The position numbers and the translations under genes were made by a program. This document shows, one piece after another, positions 49,619 through 62,000 of a stretch of 64,000 nt of DNA; within the stretch, counting starts at the first letter, position 1; each line of letters starts with the position of its first letter. The notes under the pieces are model-generated. The model was not told the DNA's origin, did no database searches, and worked only from the letters and a program-made list of their open reading frames with translations. This DNA is from Paraspadella gotoi (lineage: Eukaryota > Animalia > Chaetognatha), in the NCBI GenBank assembly GCA_051294375.1, contig CM119269.1, forward strand, positions 7,607,446-7,671,445. Reading direction: 5' to 3'.

Positions 49619-52600
49619 TCATTTCGATCCCTTGTCGTCGTCCTTTCGACTTGAATCGTCTTTAGCAGATTTTGACCTGTTCAAAACTAATTTCGGGTAC
49701 TGCTGCTGCTGCTGACTTTGATTCTGTCGCTGCTGCTGTTGATTTGTCTGCTGCTGTTGTAGCTGATTCGTCTTGTTCGCTTGAAGTTTCATCCCGTCGA
49801 TGGATTCCCGGGCCGACGCATCCGTTGGCGAGAGAAAATTGGACGGCGCCGCGGCGGCGCTTTGGCGCCGTCCCGAGTTTCGACCGGCGGCCGACGACGA
49901 CGCCGTCGTGGCTTCCGGATATGTGGTCGTCGAAGGCAGAATAGAGGGGACGAGGGCGACGGCGGTGACGGGCGGCGCGGATGAGGGCGCCGCTCTGGCC
50001 TCCATCTCCAAGGGTGGCATGTCGATGAGGGTTGAGGAGGTGCCCGTCGTCAATGGCGTCGTCGTCGGCGCCGACGATCGATGGACGAGAAAATTGAATC
50101 CGTTAAGTTTGCTGTTGTTGTTGGACGAGGGTAAGGGCGGAGCGGAAGGAGTGAGTTTCGTCGATGAGAAGGCTGTGTTTGAGGAGGAAGAGGAAAAGAG
50201 GGCCGGGGCGTAGGCCGACGCGGTCGGTGGTTGTCTGCTGGCCAGGGATATGTTTCCTGACACATTGGTCAATGCGGGGGCGGCGCCGCGCGCTGCTGGC
50301 GCCGCCCCTCGCCCTGGTCCTGCTAGCGCCGGCGCCCGACTCGGGTGAAAAGGCTGAGTCGGCGCCGCGGCCGCCGGCGGCGCCGGGAGACGGCAGACGC
50401 TCAAGTGACTCGAGGCCGCCGCGTCCCGGCGAGGCTCGGCGTCGGAGGAAGAGGCCAGGCTGGGTGTTATTTTACTTATTGGACTAACCTGGAAAGAATC
50501 AGGAAAGGACTAGCGATGAAAATTGTCAGAATATTGAACCGGAAAAAGATTATATTGCGACGGTATATTCACACTGCCTCACATCCATCATCGTTCAGCC
50601 AATCCTTTTGGCTCAGAGGGGGAACGCAGTGCGTTGCGTTTCATCCACAGTCCTAACGACTTCCCTCTGCGTAACCATACCAGTGACAGCAGGCGTCACT
50701 GAGGGTCGGAAGCCCCCAAAGCCAACAGTGAGATGTCCCATCCCAATGGGCATCACAGGCAACCCGGCTGTTGCCAAATTAACAATGGTTATACTTTGAT
50801 TGATTTAATTATTTATTCTTGAAAACTACGAAGCATATACAGAAAGCTTCATATTATAAAATGTGGTACTGTGGTTTGACCGAGGTTGCGTGTTTCAACC
50901 CGGCTGTTGCCATAGTACCCCTTTTTTGTGACCAGAATCTGTTCCCACCAAACTACCGCATCGAATTTCATGAAATTTTACATTTAGAGTGCTAATGACT
51001 ATATAAATGGAACTATCGAGGCGAATTTTAATATTCAACCCTTGACAAGAGATACAGGGCCCTGGGGCTGGACCCCTTGGCCCAAGGCTTGGGGGCCAAA
51101 AATGGCTTAAATTTTTTTTTCCATTTTTTTCATTTTTTAGTAGAATCAGTTGATGTTTTAAACATATAAAATATTTTTAAAACTAAAATTAATAAATGTT
51201 TTGCTCATTAATCGGTGTTTGAAGATGCATGGTTCATCGTTTTTCTCCAAATTTTCCAGAATTATTCCAAATCTGATTTGAACAGCTGATGTTCATGAAG
51301 CTGAAACTTATGGTAAACTAATATTTTTGTGGAAATAAATACATTTTTGTGGAAGAGTAAACGTCTGGGCAACTGTTCAAAACAAAAATTAAAAATTAAA
51401 AGCAAATTTTGACCATTTTTTGCCCCCTACCGGGCCCCATATCTCGGCTCAGGGGTCAAATATTGAAATTAGCCTGGATATTTCTATTTGTATTCACATA
51501 GGGATCGTTCATAGCAAATTTCATTAAAATCTATTCAATAGTTTTCTCGGAACGTGTTCTGGTCACAAAAAAGGGGTACCACATTTTATAATATGAAGCC
51601 TTCTGTAATTGCTTCAAATATAAAAATGATTTTTCAAGGATAGTGCAGGGTAATTCGGAACACTTTTGGAAGTAATCAAATTTTTTCGCATAGTAAATTT
51701 ATTTAAAAAAAAATTTTTCTGGTGATATATCTAGGAAAGTGTCCCCGCTACACGATGATGTATTCATTTTTATCCTGCGGCCCCGAGGGGTCGCATTTTT
51801 AAAAAAAATAGTAAAGTGTTCCGTTTTACACCACCCTTGGGTAAAACGGAACACTTAATAAATTATGTATAATTTTTTTTATAATATTACAAAAAAAATA
51901 ACTAAAACACTATTATTAAGAGGATAGAGCCTTTCATTAATGTTTTATGTATAAACAAGTTTGAGCAAACAATGTCGGATCTGCCTACGATAATTAATTA
52001 ATTAATAGATTAATTAATTAATTAATTATTAATAATTAATTATAATTTATATCAGCTTGTCATCATCGATGTCCTTAAAATTGAGTCAGGACAGTTATTA
52101 AATGTTTGTTTACATTTTATCAAAACAACAAATATCCTCTATTTTCGAGCCAGGCGGGCAAAGCCCGTCCTGGCTAGATTTTGATTCGGTTTAGCTTTCG
52201 GTCACGCTTTTTTGCAATCATGGCTTCTGAAAGTGTGATATCATAGGGAGTTGAAATTTCATATATGGCTTCTAATCATCAAGATCTTTAAAATTCTCAT
52301 GTTTCATATCAATATTCGTATTTGTTTGTTTTATTTACAAAACAAAAACGTTTTATTATATGTCGCTCTCTCTCTCTCTTTCTTTTAAATATATGTCGTC
52401 TCTCTCTCTCTTTTTCTCCGTCACTGCTTCTTCTGATTTGTCTAAAAACGAGTTCCGGCTCTGCAGCGTCTGTCCAGCTTGTTTCTCTCTCTCTCTCTCT
52501 TTTTTTTTTTTTTTTTACAAAAAAATTTTAGATATAATGTGGGCTCATTAATGTAAAAAACGATGCCGCGAACAGGGTGCGAACCCGGGTCCTTTGGGTA

Positions 52601-52756
52601 GAGAAGAGCTCACGCTACGTCCGGCGCCATAGGAACTGCTGATTCTTAACGAGTAAAGGGGCTGTAGAGCTTCTCTCTCTCTCTTCTTTTAATTATTATA
52701 TATCGCTCTTTCTCTCTCTCTTTTTCTCTGCAGCGGCTGTCTCTCTGTCTCTCTTT

Positions 52757-52791
<35 letters not shown>

Positions 52792-52986
52792 GTCTCTCTG
52801 TTGTGTGTCTGTCCCTCTCTGTCCGATCTCTTGCGTAATTGTTTGTTTTTTGAAAAATTCTGATTATTTTTTTCCTTCTAAAAACTTTTTATTATTACCA
52901 TTTATTCCGCATTTTTTTCAATATAAAATCCCATATTTTCATCCGAGATTTTCGTGGATTAATTCTCTTTCTTTCTCTCTCTCTCA

Positions 52987-53065
<79 letters not shown>

Positions 53066-56000
53066 TCACTTCTCTCTCTCTCTCTTTCACTCATACACGC
53101 ATTTGTTTGTTTTATTGACTATCATCGCATCAATGAATGACAATCATCGCATCAGTGAATGACTATCATCACAGCAGTGAATGACTATCATCGCATCAAT
53201 AATTGATTATCATCGAATCAATAATCAATTCCTATTACATCAATAAATTACTATTACATCAATCAATTAGTATTACCTCAATCAATTACTAGTACATCAA
53301 CAATTCGTTATCGCATGATTCATTCGTTTTTTTCCCGGGTTTTTTCATTAATTTTCTTTGATAGTGGGCTCTGGCTCGATCTTGAGTCTTTTAAGATTTT
53401 TTTATTTTATGTCTCCTTCTCTCTCTCTCACTCTCTCTCTCTCACTCTCTCTCTTTCTCTCTCACTCTCCTCCCTCTTTCTCTCTCTCTCTCTCTCTTTT
53501 TATGCAATAGCGACGATCCTTATGCTTTTAAGATTTTTTTAACTTGCATCATTTTTTCAACTTGCATCATTTTTTCAACTTGCATTCCGTCAAAACTTTA
53601 TATCTAACTTCTTCACTCACTTTCCTACTGGCTCACAAAATTTCATCTCTAATCTATCATGGGTTAAAATAAATAAAAAGATTCAAGTAAATGTGACTCA
53701 TATTTTTTTCATTTAAACTCATTTCCACTGGTACGTTTCCACTGAAGCTTTATATCAAGCTTCGTCACACATTTTCCTACCCACACACAAAATTTCAACT
53801 CAATCTATCCATCCAATTATGATTAATTAGAGTATTTATTGGTTAAAATAAGTAAAAAGATTTTAGTAAATTCGACTTATGTTTTTTCCATTTAAACTAA
53901 TTTCCACTCACACGATTCCATCGAAACTTTATATCCAGCTTTATCACACACTTTCCTACTCACACACAAAATTTAATTCCAATCCAACCAGCCAATCACG
54001 AGTTATTGGAGCTTTTTGCTAAGATGGGACGGATGGACGGATTGATTGACTAATTAATTAATTATTGATTAATTTATTTACTAATTGATTAATTAACTGA
54101 TTAATTATTTGATTTATTAATACATCCTGCATATACATTTAATATAAAAGGAAAAAGAAGCATAATCAATTAGTAAAACAGGTTTTTTGTTTTTTTCCAT
54201 TTAAACTCATTTCCACTCAAACTATTCCATCGAAACTTGATTTCCTGTTCAATCACACACTTTCCTACCCACATACAAAATTCCAGGTCAATCAGCCCAT
54301 CCACTCATGAGCAATTGGTGTTCAAATAGTGAATATATTTTTTTTGTTTTTTCCATTTAAACTCATTTCCACTCGGACGATTCCATCGAAACTTCATATC
54401 CAGCTCAATCACACACTTACCTATCCTCACACAAAATTTCATTTAAATCCATCCATCCAATCACGAGTAATTGGTGTTTTTTGCTAAGGTGGGACGGACG
54501 GACGGACGGACGGACATCATTTTTTTTGCATAATTTATCATAATTCGATGTTCTGACATGATATAAGTGTGTGCCCGACAATATTGAGGGGGCGGACCGA
54601 CGGACCGAAAAAGTGAGTTATAGAGTCGGGATCTGCTGATAAGCAGATCCGACTAAAAATTGAAAATCTTATATTTTTAAGTGCTTAAAATGATTTTTAA
54701 TACCATGTTCTCAGTTTTGCAAAATTATTGAATGACAATAGATACCAAATTTATATATATTTTTTTATTTATATTATTTTTGACTAAGTTTTTTATTTCC
54801 TTCCATTCCTGCATTTTTTCCCCCATCTTCCTTTTCTATTAATATTAGTTTTTGCCCATTTTTTTATTTCCAATGTTATTTTTTCTTATTCTTTTTATTT
54901 ATCATTTATATTTATCTTTAGAAATTTAGCTTATTTTTTATTTTCTTTTCAGAATATTTTTATTCATATTATTTTTATATTAATTTCATCTTAATTTTTT
55001 TTTTAATAATTTTTTAACCATATTTAGGCGTTAAATTCCTTTCCAAACTTTTGTAACTTTTTTATTTCTAAAAATAGATTTTTTTACTGTATTATTAATA
55101 ATATAATAATTTTTTCACCTAATTATATAACAAATGTTGTAAACTCTTATTATTACTGAGTAAATTATCACTAAAACTTTATAAAAAGCATATTAGGTAA
55201 CACAGAATACTTACTTTAGAGGTGTTCCGTTTTACCTCAATTTAATTGTAGCTATGTAAAAAATAATTGAGTTATTTTTTTCGAAATAATGTATACAATA
55301 ACTAAAAATTAGTAGTCTCGTCTATCAGATATTAATATTCCATAGTCATATTACGTCAAATATGACTGACAGAGGCTTGAAAACGACTACTCAAAGACGA
55401 AATTTGACTAGCAGCTTTGAAATAACTGCTGCAGCTGCTGCAGCAGCAGCCGAATGCTGTAACTGCTGTAATGGAATGTCAAGTTGGTGAAATGTTAAAT
55501 GAACCCAAAAAAAATATAAAATATCTATACACAATTTTTTTATTTCATTTTATATGTCAGTGTTCCGAATTACCCGTTCCGAATTACCCCGCACTACCCT
55601 ATATTTTAATAGCTTTTGTGAATATTAAATACCACAATCTCTCACCCGTGAATTGTTCGTCACCGCGGAGGTAACGACAGGACCTTTAGTAGGCGAGGTA
55701 TACAGTCGATGAACGTCGTCACTGTTAGGTTGTTTCGTTCCTGGTTGTAGAGCATCACAGCTGTTGCCATCCGAAGAGTGGTTCGTGCCCGCCGCAGTCG
55801 GCGGGATTTTCATCATCTGCGGCGAAACGACGCCCTCTCGATCGCAGTTCAAAGAGGAGGGGCCCGACGAGACGGCGGCGCCGATGGAAGGCGTTGGAGC
55901 CGCCGGCGCCGTCGAGCCGTCGAGTAGGGCGCCGCCTTCGCGAGTCGTTCCACTACTAGCACCGTGACTCCGCAAAGGGATGGGGTACGGCGGCGGCGGG

Positions 56001-59000
56001 TCGTCGTCGCTGCAACCCGAGCCCGTCGCGACCGCCAAGGGTCGAGCGTCCGACTGTCTGACGTCGCGTATCACAGAAGCTGCGCTGAGCGAGGAAGGGG
56101 GAAGAAGGGAGGGGACGACGGCGCCACCGACGCCGCTGGGTTTCGGCGGCAATTGAGAGTGAGGAGCACCTTCGGTTCTCGTGCCTCCGGTTTTCCCGGC
56201 GACGGTGGGGTCGGCGGCGCCCACGGCGTTCTTGCCGGCGCCCGCCTTGGAAGGAGACGATCTATCCACGGCGCTCGTTTTTCGAACGTCGCCGTCCTTG
56301 GACGATGCCGGCGACGGACCGACGCCGGTGCCGAGGTGCGCGGCGCTGGTGATTGAGGAACGACGCGAAGGCGGGTCGTCCCCGTCCCCCGACAGGCAGT
56401 GCCCGCTGAGTTTGCGGCCGACGTGGCTCGAATCCGACTTGGGCCGGAGGCTTGACAGCGGCCCGATCGAAAAGATGGACATTCGGGATTTTGAGTTTTT
56501 TACTTTCGTCGATTTGCTGTCTTCGCTCAACAAGGATTCGTCTGTTGGGTCGAGGAGGGAGGTTATGGGATGGGGAGAGCAGGTTTAAAAGAGGGATTAA
56601 GATGGCGAGGCAGGGGGCGGGGGTAAAAAAAGTGTTTAAGAAAAGGCGAAAAAAATATGGGTGTTTGAAAAAGTTTGTTTTGCGGTACAACTAATTATTT
56701 CTTAATGAAAACTCGGTTTCGCAAAGTGCTTGAACCGATTTCGCGCCCGAAAATGCGAGAAAATTGTTTTGAGTGAAAGAAATTTTACGATAGCAACTAT
56801 GAAGAAATGTAAGGGAAAAAAGCCTGTTATTTGTCAGATTTTCAAAAGTTGACGCAATAGCTGAAAGTGTCAATAAATCGTTTATTAATAAAAGCGGCAA
56901 TCGATTTCAATCGTACAGGCGTTACTTGACGTAACAGGACAAAGCAAAAACACTGACAAAGAATAAAGATGAAAAAGAAAAATTTAAAAAAATCAAAGTG
57001 GTACAAAATCATGAAAAAAAATAATTACTGGATTTATCGACGGCATTTCGCCAAGGTTCAGTTTTTTTCACGAACTCGGGTTTGAATAGTAAACGAAGAA
57101 AAACATAAAAATTAGTAGCATTTAGTTTTAGCTTGGGGATAACGGCTTCAAACAATCCGAGTCCGAAGAATCCCCAGCTTTGACCCTTTACGTCTTAAAT
57201 TTGAAGAAGGGGGAGTACTTTAATTTCAAATTTTTGTACTTCACATGAAAGATGATAACGTTACGTCCAGTCGCCATGTCTCAAAGGCTGAACAACGGAA
57301 AACCGCTGCCTCTTCCCCTAACCACACAATCAGTCACTCACATCCTGGGTCCAAAGGACATTCCGCTTTCGACTTCCTCAACCTTTCTCGACTCTCTCGC
57401 GTGCAAAGACCGCGGTGCAAAGAACCACCGCGCGACCTTGCGTCGCAGTTTTCTCGCTTTGAAGGCAAGCAATCGGCGGAGACCGCCTCCGGCGCCGTTC
57501 TCACCGTCGGTGTCCGAATCGGACTGAAGCGGCGTCGCCGACACGATCTGGTTGATGGCACTCTGGTCGTCTTCCAGGTCTGCGCGCGTCGACACCATAG
57601 ATGGATTCTTGCCAATCTTGTTGAGGCGTTCCGCCGCCACGCTCTCCATCGTGCGCTTCATTATCGGATATTGGTCCAATATCTGAGCCACGTGGTAGTG
57701 ATGGGAAGGGTTAGAGATAGGTATGTGAGGATGGCATAGAGAGATAAAAGGGCGTGGAAAAGGGAAGAAAACATTGTTGGTGTTGTCTAAAAGAAGCTCT
57801 TGTCGAGTTAAATTTTGTGATTAAATGCCTTAATTGATATTAAGTAGTACTTTGTCGTTAAAAATCGAAATATCACCTGCTTGAAATGTTCCACCGACAA
57901 AGAGAACAAGTTACAATATGTTTCTGCTCGGACGCTGGCTACGCGTTTGGCATTCGTCAATAGACAAATTTCTGGAAAAGTCGAATTGCAGTGGAAGCAC
58001 GTGAATATAAAAAGCCGGGGTTATTATGAAATTGGTACAACCAATATAAAATTTATCCATTCATTTAATAAATTACTAGCCTTCCTGAATATTAAGTAAA
58101 TCACGATAAATTACCAAGGTTTCTTGTCAAGTATTGTGGTCGAAATGAAATAATAAAGTGATTTTGTGACTTAAAAACAAAAACACGTGATCAAAGCTCA
58201 TGCAATTTGATGTATAATGGCGATACTTTCCCTTCCCCTTTTTCGCGACCAAATTTACTTTCCATTCAAACTTTAACGGTTTTCTCTCACCTCCAAAGTA
58301 GGAGCCATCAGAAAGACTCGTTAAAACTTCATTCTCTTTGCTGATTACATCCACAACTCCTTCCTGTATAAAGTACATCTTCGTTCCCATCGTTCCCTCC
58401 TTTATGATGTAATCACCAGGCTGGAACACCTAGAGTAAAAAATAATAATGATAATTTAATTTTTTTCGTTTAGGCTTTTTAAAGTTTTTTTATTTTTTAA
58501 GGCTTACTTCAAACTTTAGTTTGGAAATGACATCCGTTACAAAGTTTGGGTCCGCATGAGTGAAAAATGGCACGGACTGGACGAGAGAGCGGCAGTTGAA
58601 GTTGATTACATCCTGCATAAATAAATGAGTCAGAAAAAACTCTGTTTATTCAATGTGCTATTCAAAGTGATAAAACATGGCTTCCAACCAACCTCTCTTA
58701 GGCAGGTTGACAATTCGTTCAGTATTGTTTCTTCGTCAAACATTTTTCCGCGAAAACGATGTTCGTAGTAGTCATTTATCTTTACTCGAAGTTCTCTAGG
58801 TAATTTTCTGAAAGACATGTATTCTTCGACTTGTTTTGTCTAAATATTTGGTTACCGATAACGATTAGCGGAGCGTGTTAGATAATGGATAATATCCGTA
58901 ATGGCAGCAATTAAAAAGAGAGTAGGAAGCCTTTTATTAATTAAGAAGCTTACGAAATTCTTGGTTAAGAAATTATACAATTAAGGTTTCGCCCTAAGTT

Positions 59001-62000
59001 TGAATCAACCTACAATATGACTCAAATGCTTTGTTTTAAAATGTCCTAAATTAAGGTTTATTTAAAGAAAAATAAAGGTCTATCTTATACGTAGCTCTCG
59101 GAAATTTTATATAATCGTATAACTTAAGCATTTTAGCCTATTTTGGTAGGTCATCAATTCAAGCGCAAGTTTAATAACGTTTTGGAAAACCCGTACTCTT
59201 TAGTTATTTCAATAATTGTTCGAGTTTTCCAATTTACTATTTAGAGATAAACATGACACCAACAGACAACAGCCAAAGAGGATGTAACATCAATCTGTTT
59301 TCTTTTTTGAAATCTTATTTTTTGGATCTGAATTAATATTAATAAAAGCAATTAGTTTGAAACATTTATTTTTCTAATTTTATAATTGCAAATTCAATAT
59401 AGATTAATTTGGGGTTTTAAGAACAAGATCTAGTTAGCATGCTATATAAAATTTTAAAATTTTCTGAATTATTTCTAATGACGTAAATCAACCCTATGCA
59501 TAAAATTTTGTTTCTGAATATTTCTAAATTTCATTTTTCTTGTAAAATTGGGAGGTTTTTTGGTTTGATTTAAAGTGCAAATGTCACTGGTTAAAATAAT
59601 TACTACAAGCGATAAAATATTGTAAAAGACGATGGAATCACAAAACAGAACGCCAAAGCATTCTCAACGTCAGTACCTGAATTAGTTTGAAAATGACGCA
59701 CTAGTGCAGGTGAGACTTTATAGACTACATTTAAAGGTTCAAGAAAAAATATTTATGTATTTCTTTAAATCTACCGTTTTCCTTATATAAAATAATATTT
59801 TTTACTTGAACCAAGGGATGTTACGCCTAATGGTTGGGTGATACTCCTGTAGGCTAAATGACATAACCTTTACCTTCTCATGGTAAAAACGACTTGAAGT
59901 GTCAAAAGATTGAATCATGGCTGAAGCGTGTGCCAGAAACAAGGCATAGCACGTAGCACCAACCATCATGGAAATGATTGTCAACCATACCTCTGATAGA
60001 AAGAGGAAATGTTTGCCGATTTATCATTTATTTATTAGCCGAAGTTATCTATTTCGGAGAGAACCCTTTTTTACCTGTGACATTTTGTGGGGGGTTCTTG
60101 CCATACCCAATACAAAGCATATGTGACAGGGCTTTGAAGAAAGCCCAGCTGTATTGCTCTAACCAGTAACTTTTCTATAATGATGAACGTCCATTTTGAT
60201 GATTGTTGCACATATTTTTAGTGTGGTGAATTTTTTCAAGCAATATATATTGTCAGAGGCGTTATTTTTATATTATTAACATCATTCAAAGCGGTCCGTG
60301 GGTAGTGTTCGGTGAGTTCAATTTGAAGTGATGAAAGGAATATAAAAAACAAGAAATAAAAAGCGAACAAAATTATATAGTGACAAGCGAAAGATGCGAC
60401 TAAAAATATTATTAAAAGATAATATTGTTCAATCCATCATTATAGTTATGCTTCCAATAAGAATTGGACAAAAATTTTTTTACAGGCCCGAGTTGTTTAC
60501 TTGTCAGACTTGAATTTTTTTTTTTTAAAGTAAAATTTTGAACAGATATGCCGTTTTCTAACGCCATCTATTTGAATTTTGAATTTGGAAAAGTATTTTT
60601 CAGGAATTTTGAACAAACAACCTAAATTTGTTGTTGGACATTAAAATGAATGGAAAACATTCAGTGTATAAAAAAAAGAAAGGTTATTAGCAGAAATATA
60701 TAGGGGCTATAATATTTAGTTTGTCGCATGCAGCAAAAGCTTTTTTTCTATTTAGAAGCTATAAAAGCATATCCATGTTACTTTTTATCGCCTATTTTAT
60801 GGTCTTATGATATATACTTAATTTATTTATTGCTCAATATTTTGCGCTTTTGTACTGTCTTGATGCCACTTAAAACCTAGCTTGTCTGCGCACAACACAA
60901 TAACACAAGGGACATGATGCACGGTAATGTGATAAATTTTGTGACGATATGCCAGAATGGGAATGGGGTCAGGGGTTTCGGACACAATGTCGGACATTCT
61001 GCTCAGCCGTTTTAGTAAATATTTTAAAAATTATCGGGCAAGGGTAAAATAAAATGAGAAATCATGCAGCTAGTCTTTCAAAATTCGTTGTAGCTAGTTC
61101 CATCTCTTTTATACGAGTGAATGTTTGCGCAACGGCGTTTTTAAACCTGCTTATAAAATTATTACTAGTAAAAATAGTTAAAGGTTTTATAATTAGTTAA
61201 TAATTCTTAAGGACGTGTTTAAAAACTCCGCGCTCCTGGTCATTGCTCTGTACGAGGTAAAAAGGGACCTACCTTCCCCCTGAACTGCCTCTTTGAGGTA
61301 TCAAACGACTGAATGAGGGCCGTGGCGTGACCCAAAAACAGCGCGTAACAAGAGGCGCCCACCATCATTGAAATGATGGTTAACCAAATTTCGGTTAGAT
61401 TTTGTGGTGGAAATTTCCCATAACCGATGCATAACATGTGCGATAAAGATTTGAAAAATGCCCAAGTATACTGCACGGCCCAATGTTCTTCCTGGGGGAA
61501 AGGGGTTGGGCATTGGAATTTAGGTTGGGGGAGTTGCGAACATTCCATGGATCGGGGTCGTTATTATGGTTTTTATGAGGGAATTTTCAGAAGAAAAATA
61601 ATATTTAAAAAAATGGGGGATGGGTGAACCACAACAGACGGGGTCACAATAGAGGCACAATGGTTGGACGGATGAAGACAATTACGAGCGTGCGATGGAA
61701 AAAAGGGTAAAAAATAGGGAGTTTTATTAAAGACAACCTATAATTAGTTTTCCACAAGCGACAATACTAATTTATTTTCTGCCAAAAAAGTTATGATGCT
61801 TGTCGCTTTGAAAAATAAGTAATTATGTATGGGTGAAGGTTATCAAATAATTTTCTAAATTTTATCTTCAATCAAAATTTTTAAATTTGAGTATTATATT
61901 GTGGTATTTTTAAAATGATTACTTTCCATCAAATATTGTATTAATTTTTATAAAAAATTATATTTTTTTTATAATTCGTGAACTTTAATAAGTTATTTTT

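Larger units (their letters stand above)
51638..55599. mobile_element. TIR DNA transposon relic with nested insertions, in last HCN intron
   Basis: GGATAGTGCAGGGTAATTCGGAACAC on the left vs GTTCCGAATTACCCCGCACTACCC(TA) on the right. Internal GTGTTCCGTTTTAC motifs at ~51816, 51841 (inverted) and 55222. Confidence 0.65.

Noticed and set aside
50570-50776. Possible extra HCN exon
   Set aside because: In-frame stop in the required phase. It resembles the SINE-like 3' region (GGGCATCACA…TTGCCA).
55340-55470. CAG/GCT-rich stretch as possible HCN exon
   Set aside because: It lies within the TIR element and all frames stop quickly.
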